NCBI GenBank assembly: GCA_963776345.1
Contig: CAVZMH010000014.1
Coordinates: 64,001-128,000, forward strand
Direction: 5' to 3'
Length of the DNA: 64,000 bases
Source: an uncultured delta proteobacterium
GTDB taxonomy: Bacteria > Myxococcota > Myxococcia > Myxococcales > Myxococcaceae
The first letter of the stretch is position 1; the number at the start of each line of letters is the position of its first letter. The notes under the pieces were generated by a model, which was not told the origin of the DNA, did not search any database, and saw only the letters and a list, made by a program, of their open reading frames with translations. Positions 27,144 through 37,839 of the stretch are shown in pieces. Made by a program: the position numbers and the translations under genes.

Positions 27144-30100
27144 ATGGCCGCGCCGCAGATCCCGCTCCAGTTCGCGTCCGCGGCGGACGCGGTCGACCCC
27201 GCACTCGCCGCGTTCCATCCGCTCGTCCAGCGCTGGTTCCGGTCGACGCTCGGGCAGCCCTCCGAGCCGCAGAGCCGCGGGTGGCCCCGCATCCTCGCCG
27301 GCGAGGACGTGCTGCTCGCCGCGCCCACGGGCTCCGGCAAGACGCTCTCGGCGTTCCTCGCCGCGCTGGACCGGCTCCTGCGGCTCGCGCTCGAGAACCG
27401 TCTCGAGGACCGGACCTCGGTGGTCTACGTCTCGCCGCTGAAGGCGCTGGGGAACGACGTCCAGAAGAACCTCCTCGGTCCGCTGGAGGCCATCTACGAG
27501 CTGGCGGCAGCCGAGGGGCTCCTCCCCGAGCCGATCCGCGTCCAGGTGCGCACCGGGGACACCCCGGCCAGCGAGCGGGCGCAGATGCTCCGCCGTCCTC
27601 CGCACGTCCTCATCACCACGCCCGAGTCGCTCTACCTGGTGCTCACCGCGGCGCGTGGCCGCGAGACGCTCCGGCACGTCGACACGGTCATCGTGGACGA
27701 GATCCACGCGCTCGCCCGGGACAAGCGGGGCAGCCACCTCGCGCTCTCGCTCGAGCGGCTCAAGGCGCAGGTGCGGCGCCGTCCCCAGCTGATCGGCCTC
27801 TCCGCCACCCAGAAGCCGGTCGAGACCTTCGCCTCGTTCCTCACCGGCCGTCCCGAGGGGTGCGCGGTGGTGCAGGTGGGGCACCTCCGGAAGTGGCAGC
27901 TCTCGCTGGAGACGCCCGAGGACGCGCTGAGCGCCGTGGCCACCCACGAGATGTGGGGCCAGGTCTACGACCGGCTGGTGCAGCTGACCTCCGAGCACCG
28001 GACCACGCTCATCTTCACCAACACCCGCAAGCTCGCCGAGCGCGTGGCCCACGACCTCGGAACGCGCCTCGGTCCAGGGACGGTGTCGGCGCACCACGGG
28101 AGCATGGCCCGCGAGCTACGGCTCGCCGCGGAGGAGAAGCTCAAGCGGGGCGAGCTCCGGGCGATGGTGGCCACCGCCTCGCTCGAGCTGGGGATCGACA
28201 TCGGGGCGGTGGACCTGGTGGTGCAGCTCGGCAGCCCGCGGGGCATCGCGCTGTTCCTCCAGAGGGTGGGCCGGGCCGGTCACTCCCTGCACGGGGTGAG
28301 CAAGGGCATCCTCTTCGCCCTCACCCGCGACGAGCTGGTGGAGTGCACGGCGCTGCTCCGTGCGGTCCACGACGGCGAGCTCGACGCGGTGCGGATGCCC
28401 GAGGCGCCGCTGGACGTGCTCGCGCAGCAGATCGTCGCCGCCTGCGCGGTGGATGCCTGGGACGAGCGGGCGCTCTACTCGCTGGTGAAGCGCGCCTGGC
28501 CGTACCGCGACCTCGGCTGGGAGACGTACGCCCAGGTCCTCCAGATGCTCTCCGAGGGCGTGAGCGAGCGGCGCGGCCGGATGCGCGTCCACCTCCACCG
28601 TGACCGGGTGAACCACGTGCTCCGGGCGCGAAAGGGCGCGCGGCTCACGGCGCTGATGAACGGCGGTGCGATTCCCGACACGTTCACCTACCCGGTGGTG
28701 GCCGAGCCCGACGGGCGGCAGGTGGGGACGCTCGACGAGGACTTCGCGGTGGAGACGATGGCCGGGGACGTCTTCCTGCTCGGGAGCACCAGCTGGCGGG
28801 TGCAGGGACTCCGGGGTGGGGTGGTGCGCGTCGAGGACGCCCGGGGCGCTCCGCCGAGCGTGCCCTTCTGGAGAGGCGAGGCGCCGTCCCGGACGGACGA
28901 GCTGTCACGCGAGGTGGGCCGGCTCCGCGACGAGCTGCTCGAGCACCCCTCGCCGGCGGAGTGGCTGCAACGGCTCGGCCTCGGTCCGCGGGACGGCGAG
29001 TCGCTCTCGGAGTACCTGCGCGCGAGCCATCGGATCCTGGGGGCGCTGCCCAGCGCGCGCATGGTCATCGCCGAGCGCTTCTTCGACGAGGCCGGCGGGA
29101 TGCAGCTCATCCTCCACGCCCCGTTCGGCGGGCGCATCAACCGGGCCTGGGGGCTCGCGCTCCGCAAGCGCTTCTGCCGCACCTTCGACTTCGAGCTGCA
29201 GGCCGCGGCGACCGACGACGGCATCCTCCTCTCGCTGGGAGAGCAGCACAGCTTCCCGCTCGCGGACATCTTCGAGTTCCTGCACCCGGACACGGTCGAG
29301 TCGGTGCTGGTGCAGGCGGTGCTCCAGGCGCCGCTGTTCGGGACCCGGTTCCGCTGGAGCGCCACGCGGGCGCTCGCGCTCTCCCGTTACCAGAGCGGCG
29401 GCCGCGTTCCGCCCCACATCCAGCGGGCGCGGGCGGAAGATCTCCTGGCGGCGGTGTTTCCCGCGCAGGTGGGCTGTCAGGACAACCACGGGGGCGCGGA
29501 GATCGAGCCGCCCGACCACCCGCTGGTGCGCGAGGCGCTGCGCGACTGCCTCACCGAGGCGCTCGACGTCGAGGGCCTGAAGAACGTGCTGCGGGCGCTG
29601 CGGGCGGGGGAGATCCGGACCCTGGCGCGGGACCTGCCCGAGCCGTCGCCGCTGGCCCACGCACTCCTGAACTCCCAGCCGTACACCTTCCTGGACGAGG
29701 CGCCGCTCGAGGAGCGCCGGGCCCGGGCGGTGCAGGTTCGCCGCGCGTTGCCGGCCGAGGACGCCGCGGGGCTGGGGGCGCTCGACGCTTCCGCCATCGA
29801 GCAGGTCGTCGCCGATGCCCGGCCGCTGGTCCGTGACGCCGAGGAGCTCCACGACTGGCTGCTCGCGGCGGTGCTGGTGCCGGCCGAGGGCGTTCCGTCG
29901 CACCTCCTGGAGCCGCTCGTCGCCACCGGTCGCGCCGCCACTCTCCACGTCGGATGGTAACGAGGTGCTTGGCACCGCAGGTAACGAGGTGCTGTCCGGC
30001 GGTAACGAGGTGCTTGGCACCGCGAGGGAAGGGCGCGCCTTCGTCGTCTGCGCGGAACGGATCCTGCACGTGCTTGCCCTCTTCCCGGGTGGCCGGGTGG

Positions 30101-31473
30101 TCCCTTCGCTGTCGCCGCTGGCTGGCGATGCTCCCGTCGAACGGGAAGCTGCGGCCCTGGCCGTGGTGCGTGGTCGGATGGAGGTCGCCGGTCCGGTGAC
30201 CGTGGCCGGCCTCAGCCTCGCGCTCGCGGTTCCCCCGGAGGACGTGACCCTTGCGCTGCACCGGCTCGAGTCGGAGGGGCAGGTCCTGCGGGGCACCTTC
30301 CGGCCCGGCGCGCAGGAGCTCGAGTGGTGCGATCGCCGGCTGCTCCAGCGCATCCACCGCCTGACCGTGGGGCGGCTACGCCGCGAGATCGAGCCGCTCT
30401 CGGCACAGGACTTCATGCGGTTCCTCTTCCGGTGGCACCACCTCGAGCCCAGCGACGCGCTGGGCGGTCAGGGCGGTCTGCTCCGGGCGGTGTCGCTGCT
30501 CGAGGGCTGGGAGGCGCCGGCGGCGGCGTGGGAACAGGTGCTGCTCCCGGCCAGGGTTCGCGGCAACGTGCCCGAGCTGCTCGAGCGAGCTTGCTGGGCC
30601 GGCGACGTCGCCTGGGGCAGGCTGAGCCTGCGCGAGCCTCGGGCCGTCGGCCCGCGACGCGGGGCAGAAGCCGAGCCGGTGGTTGCGCGGGCGATGAAGC
30701 CTGGCCGGACTGCCACGCTGACCTTCGTCCGACGCTCCGAGCTGGAGACCCTGCTCATGGCGGCGCGCGGCGATGCGTCGGACGGCTGGCCCGACGACCT
30801 GGGTGACGGGAGCCGCGCCGTGGCCGAGGTGCTTGCCCGGCGGGGGGCGTGCTTCTTCACCGAGCTGGTGTCCGGCACCGGCCAGCCGGTCGAGGCGGTG
30901 GAGAACGCGCTCTGGGACCTGCTCGCCCGGGGGCTGGTCACCGCGGATGCCGTGGACAACCTACGGGTGCTGCTGAGCCCGAAGCGCCGGCGCCAGCAGC
31001 GAGCGCTGAAGCGTGGTGGGCCCGGTCGGTGGTCGCTGCTCCGCGCCGCGGCGGAGGCGAGCGAGGAGGAACGGCTGGCCTGTCTCGGTCGGCTGTTCCT
31101 GGCCCGCTGGGGCATCGTGTTCCGGGACCTGGTGGTGCGGGAACCGCTGAGCCCGCCCTGGCGAGAGCTGGTCCGCCACTACCGTCGGCTCGAGGCTCGG
31201 GGCGAGATCCGCGGTGGCCGGTTCCTGGCCGGGGTCGCTGGAGAGCAGTTCGCGCTGCCGGACGCGGTGGAGGTGGCGCGGACGATCCGGAGGTCCCGGC
31301 CTTCCGGCCAGCGGATCGAGGTGGCGGCGGTGGACCCGCTGAACCTGACGGGCATCGTGACCCCGGGCCCGCGGATACCGGCCGTGCTCGGACAGAAGGT
31401 CCTCTACCTCGACGGCGTCCCCCAGGCGCCTGACTGCACCCCGGTGGAGCCCGAACCCGCCCTGGCGTCCTGA
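27144..31473 (+). CDS. lhr: Lhr-family SF2 helicase (long form), split at about 29953 by a +1 frameshift next to a REP insertion
   Basis: APTGSGKT, SPLKAL, DEIH, LSATQ, SLELGID, QRVGRAGH in 27144-29960; C-terminal part (RIHRLT, GRWSLL, GEIRGGRF, GEQFALP) in the next frame to 31473. Confidence 0.9.
29957..30021 (+). repeat. Three REP-like units inside lhr
   Basis: GTAACGAGGTGCT at 29957, 29981, 30002; spacings 24 and 21 nt. Confidence 0.92.
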
Positions 31474-31484
31474 CGAGGTCCTGA

Positions 31485-31507
31485 CGAGGTGTCAAACACC
31501 TCGTTAC
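31485..31507 (-). repeat. REP-like hairpin upstream of the transposase
   Basis: CGAGGTG TCAAA CACCTCG TTAC. Confidence 0.9.
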
Positions 31508-31559
31508 CCTCGTTGGCCCGCCTCGTGCTGGGGGTCCTCCCCAAAAGGGGGGAACGCGA

Positions 31560-32486
31560 ATGGGTCGGCCACTCCGCGACTTCGTAGCTCTCGGAATCTA
31601 TCTCGTGACTGCCCGCTGCTTTCAGCGGCGGTTGCTGCTCCGTCCGTCCAAGGAGACGAACGCAGTCCTTGGCGGTGTACTGGCGCGCGCCGCGCGTCTC
31701 TACGGTGTGGAGCTCTTTGCGTTCAATTTCGCCTCGAATCACATGCACCTTGTCGTCCGCGCCCCGCGCGGGAATCTGCCGCGGTTCATGCAGTACCTCA
31801 TGACGAACATCTCGAAGAAGGTGGGCGCGCTCGTCGGATGGCGAGGGGCGTTCTGGGAACGTCGGTACTCCGCCGCGCCGATCCTCGACGATGCGGCTCT
31901 GCTCGAGCGAGTCGGATACGTGATGGCCCACGGCGTGAAGGAGGGGCTGGTCCGCCTTTGCTGCGACTGGCCCGGCCTGAGCTCCCTCGAGATGATGCTC
32001 GACGGACAGCCGCGCACAGTCCAATGGTTCAACTGGACGCGGCGATCGAGCGGGAACCGGCACGGCGAGACTCGGGCGCAGCTCGACCCACGCTGGGCCG
32101 AGCCGGAGGAGCTCAGGCTCGCGACCCTCCCGAGTCCTGCCCTGCAGGCACCGGAGTCACTCCGGAGATTCCTGCACCGGGCGGTCAAGGCGATCGAGGA
32201 GAAGGGATCGCGCCAGCACAAGAAGGTGCTGGGAGTCGAGGGGGTCTTGAGGCAATGGCCGCAGCGGAGGCCGCCACCTCCAAGGCAACGAAAGCCGCGG
32301 CCTCCCTGTCACGCCACGGTCGCAGCCCTTCGCGACGGCTATCTCCAGCGCTACCGGGACTTCGCAGCCACCTTCCACGAGGCCTCCAGACGCTGGCGGA
32401 GCGGAGACCCTGCAGCCTCGTTCCCGGACGCGGCCATCAAGCCATTCGTCTGGCCAATCCCAGAAACGCCCCGGCTTGCTGCATGA
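31560..32486 (+). mobile_element. HUH/Y1 tyrosine transposase (IS200/RAYT-like) with C-terminal extension
   Basis: YLVTARC, SNHMHLVV (HUH), FWERRY, YVMAHGVKEGLV (position of the catalytic Tyr, equivalent to YxxxNPVxAGLV); hairpin repeats on both sides; no tnpB. Confidence 0.88.
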
Positions 32487-32523
32487 GGCGTGACCAGGCC
32501 AACGCGAACGAGGCAGCACCGAA

Positions 32524-32574
32524 CGAGGTGCCAAACACCTCGTTACCAAAACACCTCGTTACCGACCTCGTTAC
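32524..32574 (-). repeat. REP-like hairpin plus two half copies downstream of the transposase
   Basis: CGAGGTGCCAAACACCTCGTTAC, then AAAACACCTCGTTAC and ACCTCGTTAC. Confidence 0.9.
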
Positions 32575-32617
32575 CGGTGACCGCAACTCGCCACCAGCCC
32601 GGCCCGAGCGCCGCTTC

Positions 32618-33187
32618 TCAGCGCCCGTAGCTGCTTCGCAGCATGAAGAAGATCGCCACGCCGGTCACCGAGACGTACATCCAGATGGGCCACAGCACGC
32701 GCGTGACGCGCCGGTGCCGCCGGAACTCCCGCCGCAGCGCGAACCAGAACGCCGTCAGCGCCAGCGGGACCACCGTGGTCGACAGCAGCACGTGCGTGGC
32801 CAGCACCGCCAGGTACACCGTCCGCATCGTCCCGGTGCCCGCATACCGCGTGTCGCCGTGCACCGCGTGGTAGGCGAGGTAGCAGATCAGGAACAGCGAC
32901 GAGGCCACGAACGCGCCGACCATGAAGACCCGGTGCACCCGCATCGAGCCGCGCCGGATCGCCACCCACCCCGCGAACAGCAGCAACGCCGCCATCCCGT
33001 TCAGGCTCGCGTTCACCGCCGGCAGGAACCGGAGGTCCGCCGCGGCCGCCCCGCCTCCCCGGCGCACCAGCAGCAGCCACCCGAGCAGCAGCAGCGCCGC
33101 CACCGAGACCAGCGCGTTGAAGGCGAAGAAGCGGCGATCGGCCGCCGGATCCGCGGCCCGGGAGGAGACGGAGGTCAGTTCGCGCAT
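32618..33187 (-). CDS. DUF420 family membrane protein
   Basis: LPAVNASLN, FLICYLAYH, THVLLS, WMYVSVTGV. Confidence 0.88.
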   Translation of the reverse strand: MRELTSVSSRAADPAADRRFFAFNALVSVAALLLLGWLLLVRRGGGAAAADLRFLPAVNASLNGMAALLLFAGWVAIRRGSMRVHRVFMVGAFVASSLFLICYLAYHAVHGDTRYAGTGTMRTVYLAVLATHVLLSTTVVPLALTAFWFALRREFRRHRRVTRVLWPIWMYVSVTGVAIFFMLRSSYGR

Positions 33188-33261
33188 TCCGAGACCGGCC
33201 GCCTAGCACACGGCGGCGCCCCCGTGGGCCCCGGCCCTCGAACCCCGGCGAATGGGTCCGT

Positions 33262-35979
33262 TCAGACGCGGAGCTCGGGCAGCCGCTGCGTGCCGGCGAG
33301 CGCGGGCGCGAACAGGTCCCCCAGCGCCCGGAGTCGCCCCGGCACGGTGCGGATGTTGAACTTCGCCGGGTCGAGCCCCGCGTCCACCTCGTCCCACTCG
33401 AGCGGCGTCGAGACCGGCGCGCCCTCCACCGCCCGGATCGAGTACGGGGCGACCAGCGTCTTCAGCCGGCCGTTCTGGTGCGCGTCGAGATACAGCCTCC
33501 CCCGCCGCCGCTTCAGCGCCCGTTCGGTCGTTGCCAGCTCCGGGAAGCGGGCGGCGAGCGCCCCGGCCACCGCCTCCGCGAACCCGAGCGCCTGCGCATG
33601 CGTGTGCCCCGGCCCGAGCGGGACGAAGACGTGCAGTCCACGCTTCCCGGACGTCTTGGGCACCGAGAGGAGCTTCAGCTCGTCGAGCAGCCCCTTCAGC
33701 GCCCAGGCCAGCGGGGCGATCTGCGCCCACCCGCCCTCCGCGGGGTCGAAGTCGAACGCCACCCAGTCCGGGCTCTCCACGGTGGCGGCGCGGCTCGAGG
33801 TCATGTGCAGGGTGAGCGCGGACTGGTTGGCGAGCCAGGCCACCGTCTCGGGGCGGTCGACGACGATGTGCTCCAGCGGGTGGTCCACGTGCTGCACGGT
33901 CACCCGGGGGATCCACCCCGGAGCCGTGGTCGCCGCCTGCCGGAAGATGCCCGGCCGGCCGATGCCCTGGGGCCACTGCTGCATGGAGAGCGGACGCCCG
34001 CGGAGCGCGGCGATCAGCGCCGGCGCGACCGCGTCCGCGTACGCCCGGACGTCGGCCTTGGTGATCTTCGTGACCGGGAAGAGGACCTTCTCCGGATGGG
34101 TGATCGGAACCTCCGCCGGAGGAGGCTCGGCCGCGGCCCGCAACGAGCCCCCTGCCGCGCCGGCGAGCTCCTCGCCGTCACCGCGACCCGAGTGCCAGGT
34201 CCCGAACCCGTCCGCCGGCGTGCTCCCGAAGAACCCCGGGGCGGGCGCCTCGTCCGGTTCGCCACCGTCGGTGGAGCGTCGCCTCGATGAGCCGTCCTTC
34301 CCGCGCCTCGCGCCGCTCGTCGGTCCCGCGCTCGGTCCCGGGCCCGTCCGCGCCCTCGCCGCCGCGACCGGGCGAGCCGCGGCCCGCCGCCCCGACCCGC
34401 GCGCCTCCGCCGTCGCCGCCGGCGCCTCCTTCCCCGGCCGAGTCACGCCCTCGTCCTGTCCGATCTCCAGCGGTCCCTTGTCCTCCCGGAGTCCCTGGAA
34501 CGACGGATGCCGGAGCTTCCCGTCCCGCGTCCACTCGGTGAACTGCAGCTCGGCCACGTGCCGCGGCATCACCCAGCGGGCGTCGCGCATCCGCGGAGCG
34601 CCGTCGACGGCGGGCTTCGGCACCTCGTCCTTCTCCAGCAGCGTGAGCAGCCGGCGTCGCATCGCCCGGTCGAACCCGGTGCCGACCTTCCCCGCGTAGA
34701 CGAAGCGCCCGCCCCGCAGCGCCGCCACCAGGAGCGCGCCGATCTCGGCCGAGCCATTGGAAATGGGAGTCCAGCCCGCGATGACCAGCTCGTCGGTCCC
34801 GAGAATCTTGAGTTTCAGCCAGTCCGCGCTCCGGGTCCCGGTGTACGGCGAGCCCCGCAGCTTGGCCAGGAGCCCTTCCCACCCGCGCGCCTTGGCCTCG
34901 GCGACCGCGCTCTCCTCGTCGCCGCGGACGCGCTGGGCGAGCTCGAGCGGGGCCCCAGTGTTGGCCATGACCGACTCGAGCAGCTCCCGGCGCTCCTCGA
35001 GCGGTCTCCGGCGCAGGTCCTCCCCGTCGAGCCAGAGCAGGTCGAACACCACGTACCGGTGCTCGGCCCCGGGGTCGCCGAGCTTCTGGAAGCGCGACAC
35101 CCCGGCCTCGTCCCGCGCCACCAGCTCGCCGTCCAGCACCGCCTCGCCCACCACCAGTTGCGAGAGCGCGGGCAGCACCCAGGGGAAGCGCGCGCCGAAG
35201 TCGAGGTCGTTCCGCGAGCGCACCGCGACCTTGCCCCCCGAGATGGCCGCGAGCGCCCGATACCCGTCGTACTTCACCTCGTACACGAAGCGGCTCGCGG
35301 GCGCCGGCGTGCCCTTGGAGAGCACGGCGAGCATCGGCGGCCAGACGCGCGCGAGCAGCGTCTCCGGGTCGGGGTGGCTCCCGCGGAGCTGGCGCTGTCG
35401 CTCGGGGCCGCGGGTGAGGCGGCGGCCGCTGACCACCGACTCGGGGCGCTCGGCCACCACGTCGTAGTCCGGCCGCTCCGTGCCGTCCTTGGCCTTGAAC
35501 AGGAGCCACTGGGCCTTGCCTCCCTGCGGCCGGGTTCGCACCAGGTGCCACCCGCCCTGCAGCTTCTGCCCGTCGAAGACCAGGTGGAGGTGGCCCTTCT
35601 TGCGCTGGGCCTGCATCTGCCCTGGGGGCTCGGTGTCGTAGGTGCCGCGGTCCCAGATGATGCTGTCCCCCGCGCCGTACTCGCCGTCGGGGATGCGGCC
35701 CTCGAAGTCGCCGTAGGCGAGCGGGTGGTCCTCGGTCTCCACTGCCAGCCGTTTCTGCGCGGGGTCGTAGCTCGGGCCCTTGGGGCAGGCCCAGCTGGCG
35801 AGCACGCCTTCCACCTCGAGCCGCAGGTCGTAGTGGAGCCGGGTCGCGTCGTGCTTGTGCACCATGAACCGCAGCGCCCCCGCAGGGGCCGGGGCGGGCT
35901 GCCCGGGCGCGGGCTCCGGCGTGACCGCGAAGTCGCGCTTCTGCCGGTAGGTCTCGAGCGGGTCGTTGCGGCGAGGCAT
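33262..35979 (-). CDS. ligD: NHEJ DNA ligase D (phosphoesterase-ligase-polymerase)
   Basis: HDATRLHYDLRLE (PE domain), EVKYDGYR and EGLLAK (ligase), FDFDP and KTSGKRGLH (primase-polymerase). Start ATG 35979. Confidence 0.95.
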   Translation of the reverse strand: MPRRNDPLETYRQKRDFAVTPEPAPGQPAPAPAGALRFMVHKHDATRLHYDLRLEVEGVLASWACPKGPSYDPAQKRLAVETEDHPLAYGDFEGRIPDGEYGAGDSIIWDRGTYDTEPPGQMQAQRKKGHLHLVFDGQKLQGGWHLVRTRPQGGKAQWLLFKAKDGTERPDYDVVAERPESVVSGRRLTRGPERQRQLRGSHPDPETLLARVWPPMLAVLSKGTPAPASRFVYEVKYDGYRALAAISGGKVAVRSRNDLDFGARFPWVLPALSQLVVGEAVLDGELVARDEAGVSRFQKLGDPGAEHRYVVFDLLWLDGEDLRRRPLEERRELLESVMANTGAPLELAQRVRGDEESAVAEAKARGWEGLLAKLRGSPYTGTRSADWLKLKILGTDELVIAGWTPISNGSAEIGALLVAALRGGRFVYAGKVGTGFDRAMRRRLLTLLEKDEVPKPAVDGAPRMRDARWVMPRHVAELQFTEWTRDGKLRHPSFQGLREDKGPLEIGQDEGVTRPGKEAPAATAEARGSGRRAAARPVAAARARTGPGPSAGPTSGARRGKDGSSRRRSTDGGEPDEAPAPGFFGSTPADGFGTWHSGRGDGEELAGAAGGSLRAAAEPPPAEVPITHPEKVLFPVTKITKADVRAYADAVAPALIAALRGRPLSMQQWPQGIGRPGIFRQAATTAPGWIPRVTVQHVDHPLEHIVVDRPETVAWLANQSALTLHMTSSRAATVESPDWVAFDFDPAEGGWAQIAPLAWALKGLLDELKLLSVPKTSGKRGLHVFVPLGPGHTHAQALGFAEAVAGALAARFPELATTERALKRRRGRLYLDAHQNGRLKTLVAPYSIRAVEGAPVSTPLEWDEVDAGLDPAKFNIRTVPGRLRALGDLFAPALAGTQRLPELRV

Positions 35980-36077
35980 GGGTGGGTCTGCCGGAGCGGG
36001 AAAGTGAGCACGCCGCCCTGCCGCCGCGCAAAGACCCGCCCGGACGGGGTCCCGCCGGAAGGGGGTGCCCCCGTCGA

Positions 36078-36385
36078 CGAGGTGTCTCGACGAAGTGCCA
36101 AACACCTCGTTACCGGACGCCTCGTCACCGCCCGGACGAGGTGCCGCCCGGATAGGGGTCTCTGCCCTCGGACAGGAGTCTCCCTCCGAGGTGCCAAACA
36201 CCTCGTTACCGGGTCTCCCCCTCGCCGAGGTGCCAAGCACCTCGTTACCGCACCTCGTTACCGACCTCGTGACCGGCCGCACGAGCGGCTGGACGGGGTC
36301 TCCCCCTCAACGCGGTGCCTCAACGCGGTGCCAAACACCTCGTTACCACCTCGTTACCGACATCTCGTGACCCACACCTCGTGAC
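36078..36385 (-). repeat. REP-like array (4 copies plus half copies) between divergent ligD and hutF
   Basis: Copies at about 36092, 36187, 36226, 36327; recurring local flank GGGTCTCCCCCTC. Confidence 0.9.
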
Positions 36386-36465
36386 CGCCGCCTCCGGACC
36401 TTCTCCACGCCGCGCCCATCGCTCGCTCCGGCGACGAGCACGTTGCTAGGGTGCCCGCGCGGCCC

Positions 36466-37839
36466 ATGGTTTCCCGCTGGCTCCAGCCCGAGGCCCTCGT
36501 CTGGGGGGGCCGCCTCATGCGCCAGGTGGCGCTGGCCATCGCCGCGGACGGCACCTGCGACACCGCGGGCGCGCCCCCACCGGACGCCGAGGTCGAGCGC
36601 CTCCCCGGCAAGCTTCTGCTCCCCGGCCTGGTGAACGCGCACAGCCACGCGTTCCAGCGACTCCTCCGGGGGCGCACCCAGGCCCCGGCCCCCGGCGGCC
36701 CCCTGGACGACTTCTGGACCTGGCGCGAGATGATGTACCGCGCCGCCTCCGCGCTCGACCCGGACGGCGTCGCCATCGCCTCGCGCCAGTGCTTCCTGGA
36801 GATGGCGCGCGCCGGCATCACCACGGTGGGCGAGTTCCACTACCTCCACCACGCCCCCGACGGCCGGCCGTACGCCGATCCGCTCGAGCTCGCGCTCCGC
36901 GTGGTCTCCGCCGCGCGCGAGGTCGGCCTCCGCATCCACCTCCTCCGCGTCGGCTACGCCCGGCCCGGCTTCAACGCCCCGCCCGAGCCACGCCAGCGGC
37001 GCTTCTACGACCCCGACCCCGACGCCTTCCTCGGCGCGGTCGCGGCCCTCGAGCAGCGCCTCCGCCCCGACCCGCTGGTCACGGTGGGCGCCGCCCCGCA
37101 CAGCGTCCGCGCCGTGCCCCGACCCTGGCTCGAGGCCGTGGCCCGCGCGCGCCCCGCCACCGTGCACATGCACGTCGCCGAGCAGCCGCGCGAGGTCGAG
37201 GCCTGCCTCGCCGAGCACCACCGCCGCCCCGTCGAGCTGCTCCAGGACCTCGGCCTCCTCGACACGCGCTTCACCGCCGTCCATGCGGTGCACCTCGTCC
37301 CGCACGAGATCCCGCTCCTCGCCCGCAGCAGCGTCTGCGCCTGCCCTCTCACCGAGCGCGATCTCGGCGACGGCATCCTCCCCGCCGACACGCTCGCCGC
37401 GGCCGGAGCCACGCTCTGCATCGGCACCGACGGCCAGAGCGAGATCGACCCGCTCGGCGAGCTCCGCGCGCTCGAGGGCAACCTCCGCCTCCAGCGCGGC
37501 CGCCGCCTGGTCCTCCCCCCGACCGGCGAGGGCCCCGACGCGCTCGCCCGCACCCTGCTCGACGTCGCGACCCACGGCGGCGCCCGCAGCCTCGGCCTCG
37601 ACGTGGGCCGGCTCGCCCCGGGCCTGGCCGCGGATCTGTGCGCGGTGGACCTCGGGCATCCCGCCCTGCTCGGGGCGCCGGAGGACGGGCTGCTCGCGGC
37701 GGTGGTGTTCTCCGCCCCGCCCTCCGCGGTGACCGACACCTGGGTCCAGGGCCGTCGGGTGGTGCAGGACGGCCGTCACCCGCTCGAGCACACCGCGGGC
37801 CGTGACTTCACAGCGCTGTGCCGGAGGACGTTCGCGTGA
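36466..37839 (+). CDS. hutF: Formimidoylglutamate deiminase
   Basis: NAHSHAFQR, DFWTWREMMY, GEFHYLHH, HMHVAEQ, CPLTERDLGDG. Confidence 0.92.
   Translation: MVSRWLQPEALVWGGRLMRQVALAIAADGTCDTAGAPPPDAEVERLPGKLLLPGLVNAHSHAFQRLLRGRTQAPAPGGPLDDFWTWREMMYRAASALDPDGVAIASRQCFLEMARAGITTVGEFHYLHHAPDGRPYADPLELALRVVSAAREVGLRIHLLRVGYARPGFNAPPEPRQRRFYDPDPDAFLGAVAALEQRLRPDPLVTVGAAPHSVRAVPRPWLEAVARARPATVHMHVAEQPREVEACLAEHHRRPVELLQDLGLLDTRFTAVHAVHLVPHEIPLLARSSVCACPLTERDLGDGILPADTLAAAGATLCIGTDGQSEIDPLGELRALEGNLRLQRGRRLVLPPTGEGPDALARTLLDVATHGGARSLGLDVGRLAPGLAADLCAVDLGHPALLGAPEDGLLAAVVFSAPPSAVTDTWVQGRRVVQDGRHPLEHTAGRDFTALCRRTFA

Noticed and set aside
35980..36282. N-terminal extensions of LigD (from 36282) and Lhr (from 27024) containing GNEVLGT peptides
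   Set aside because: They arise because REP arrays are open in that frame; homology-like sequence starts at ATG 35979 and ATG 27144.
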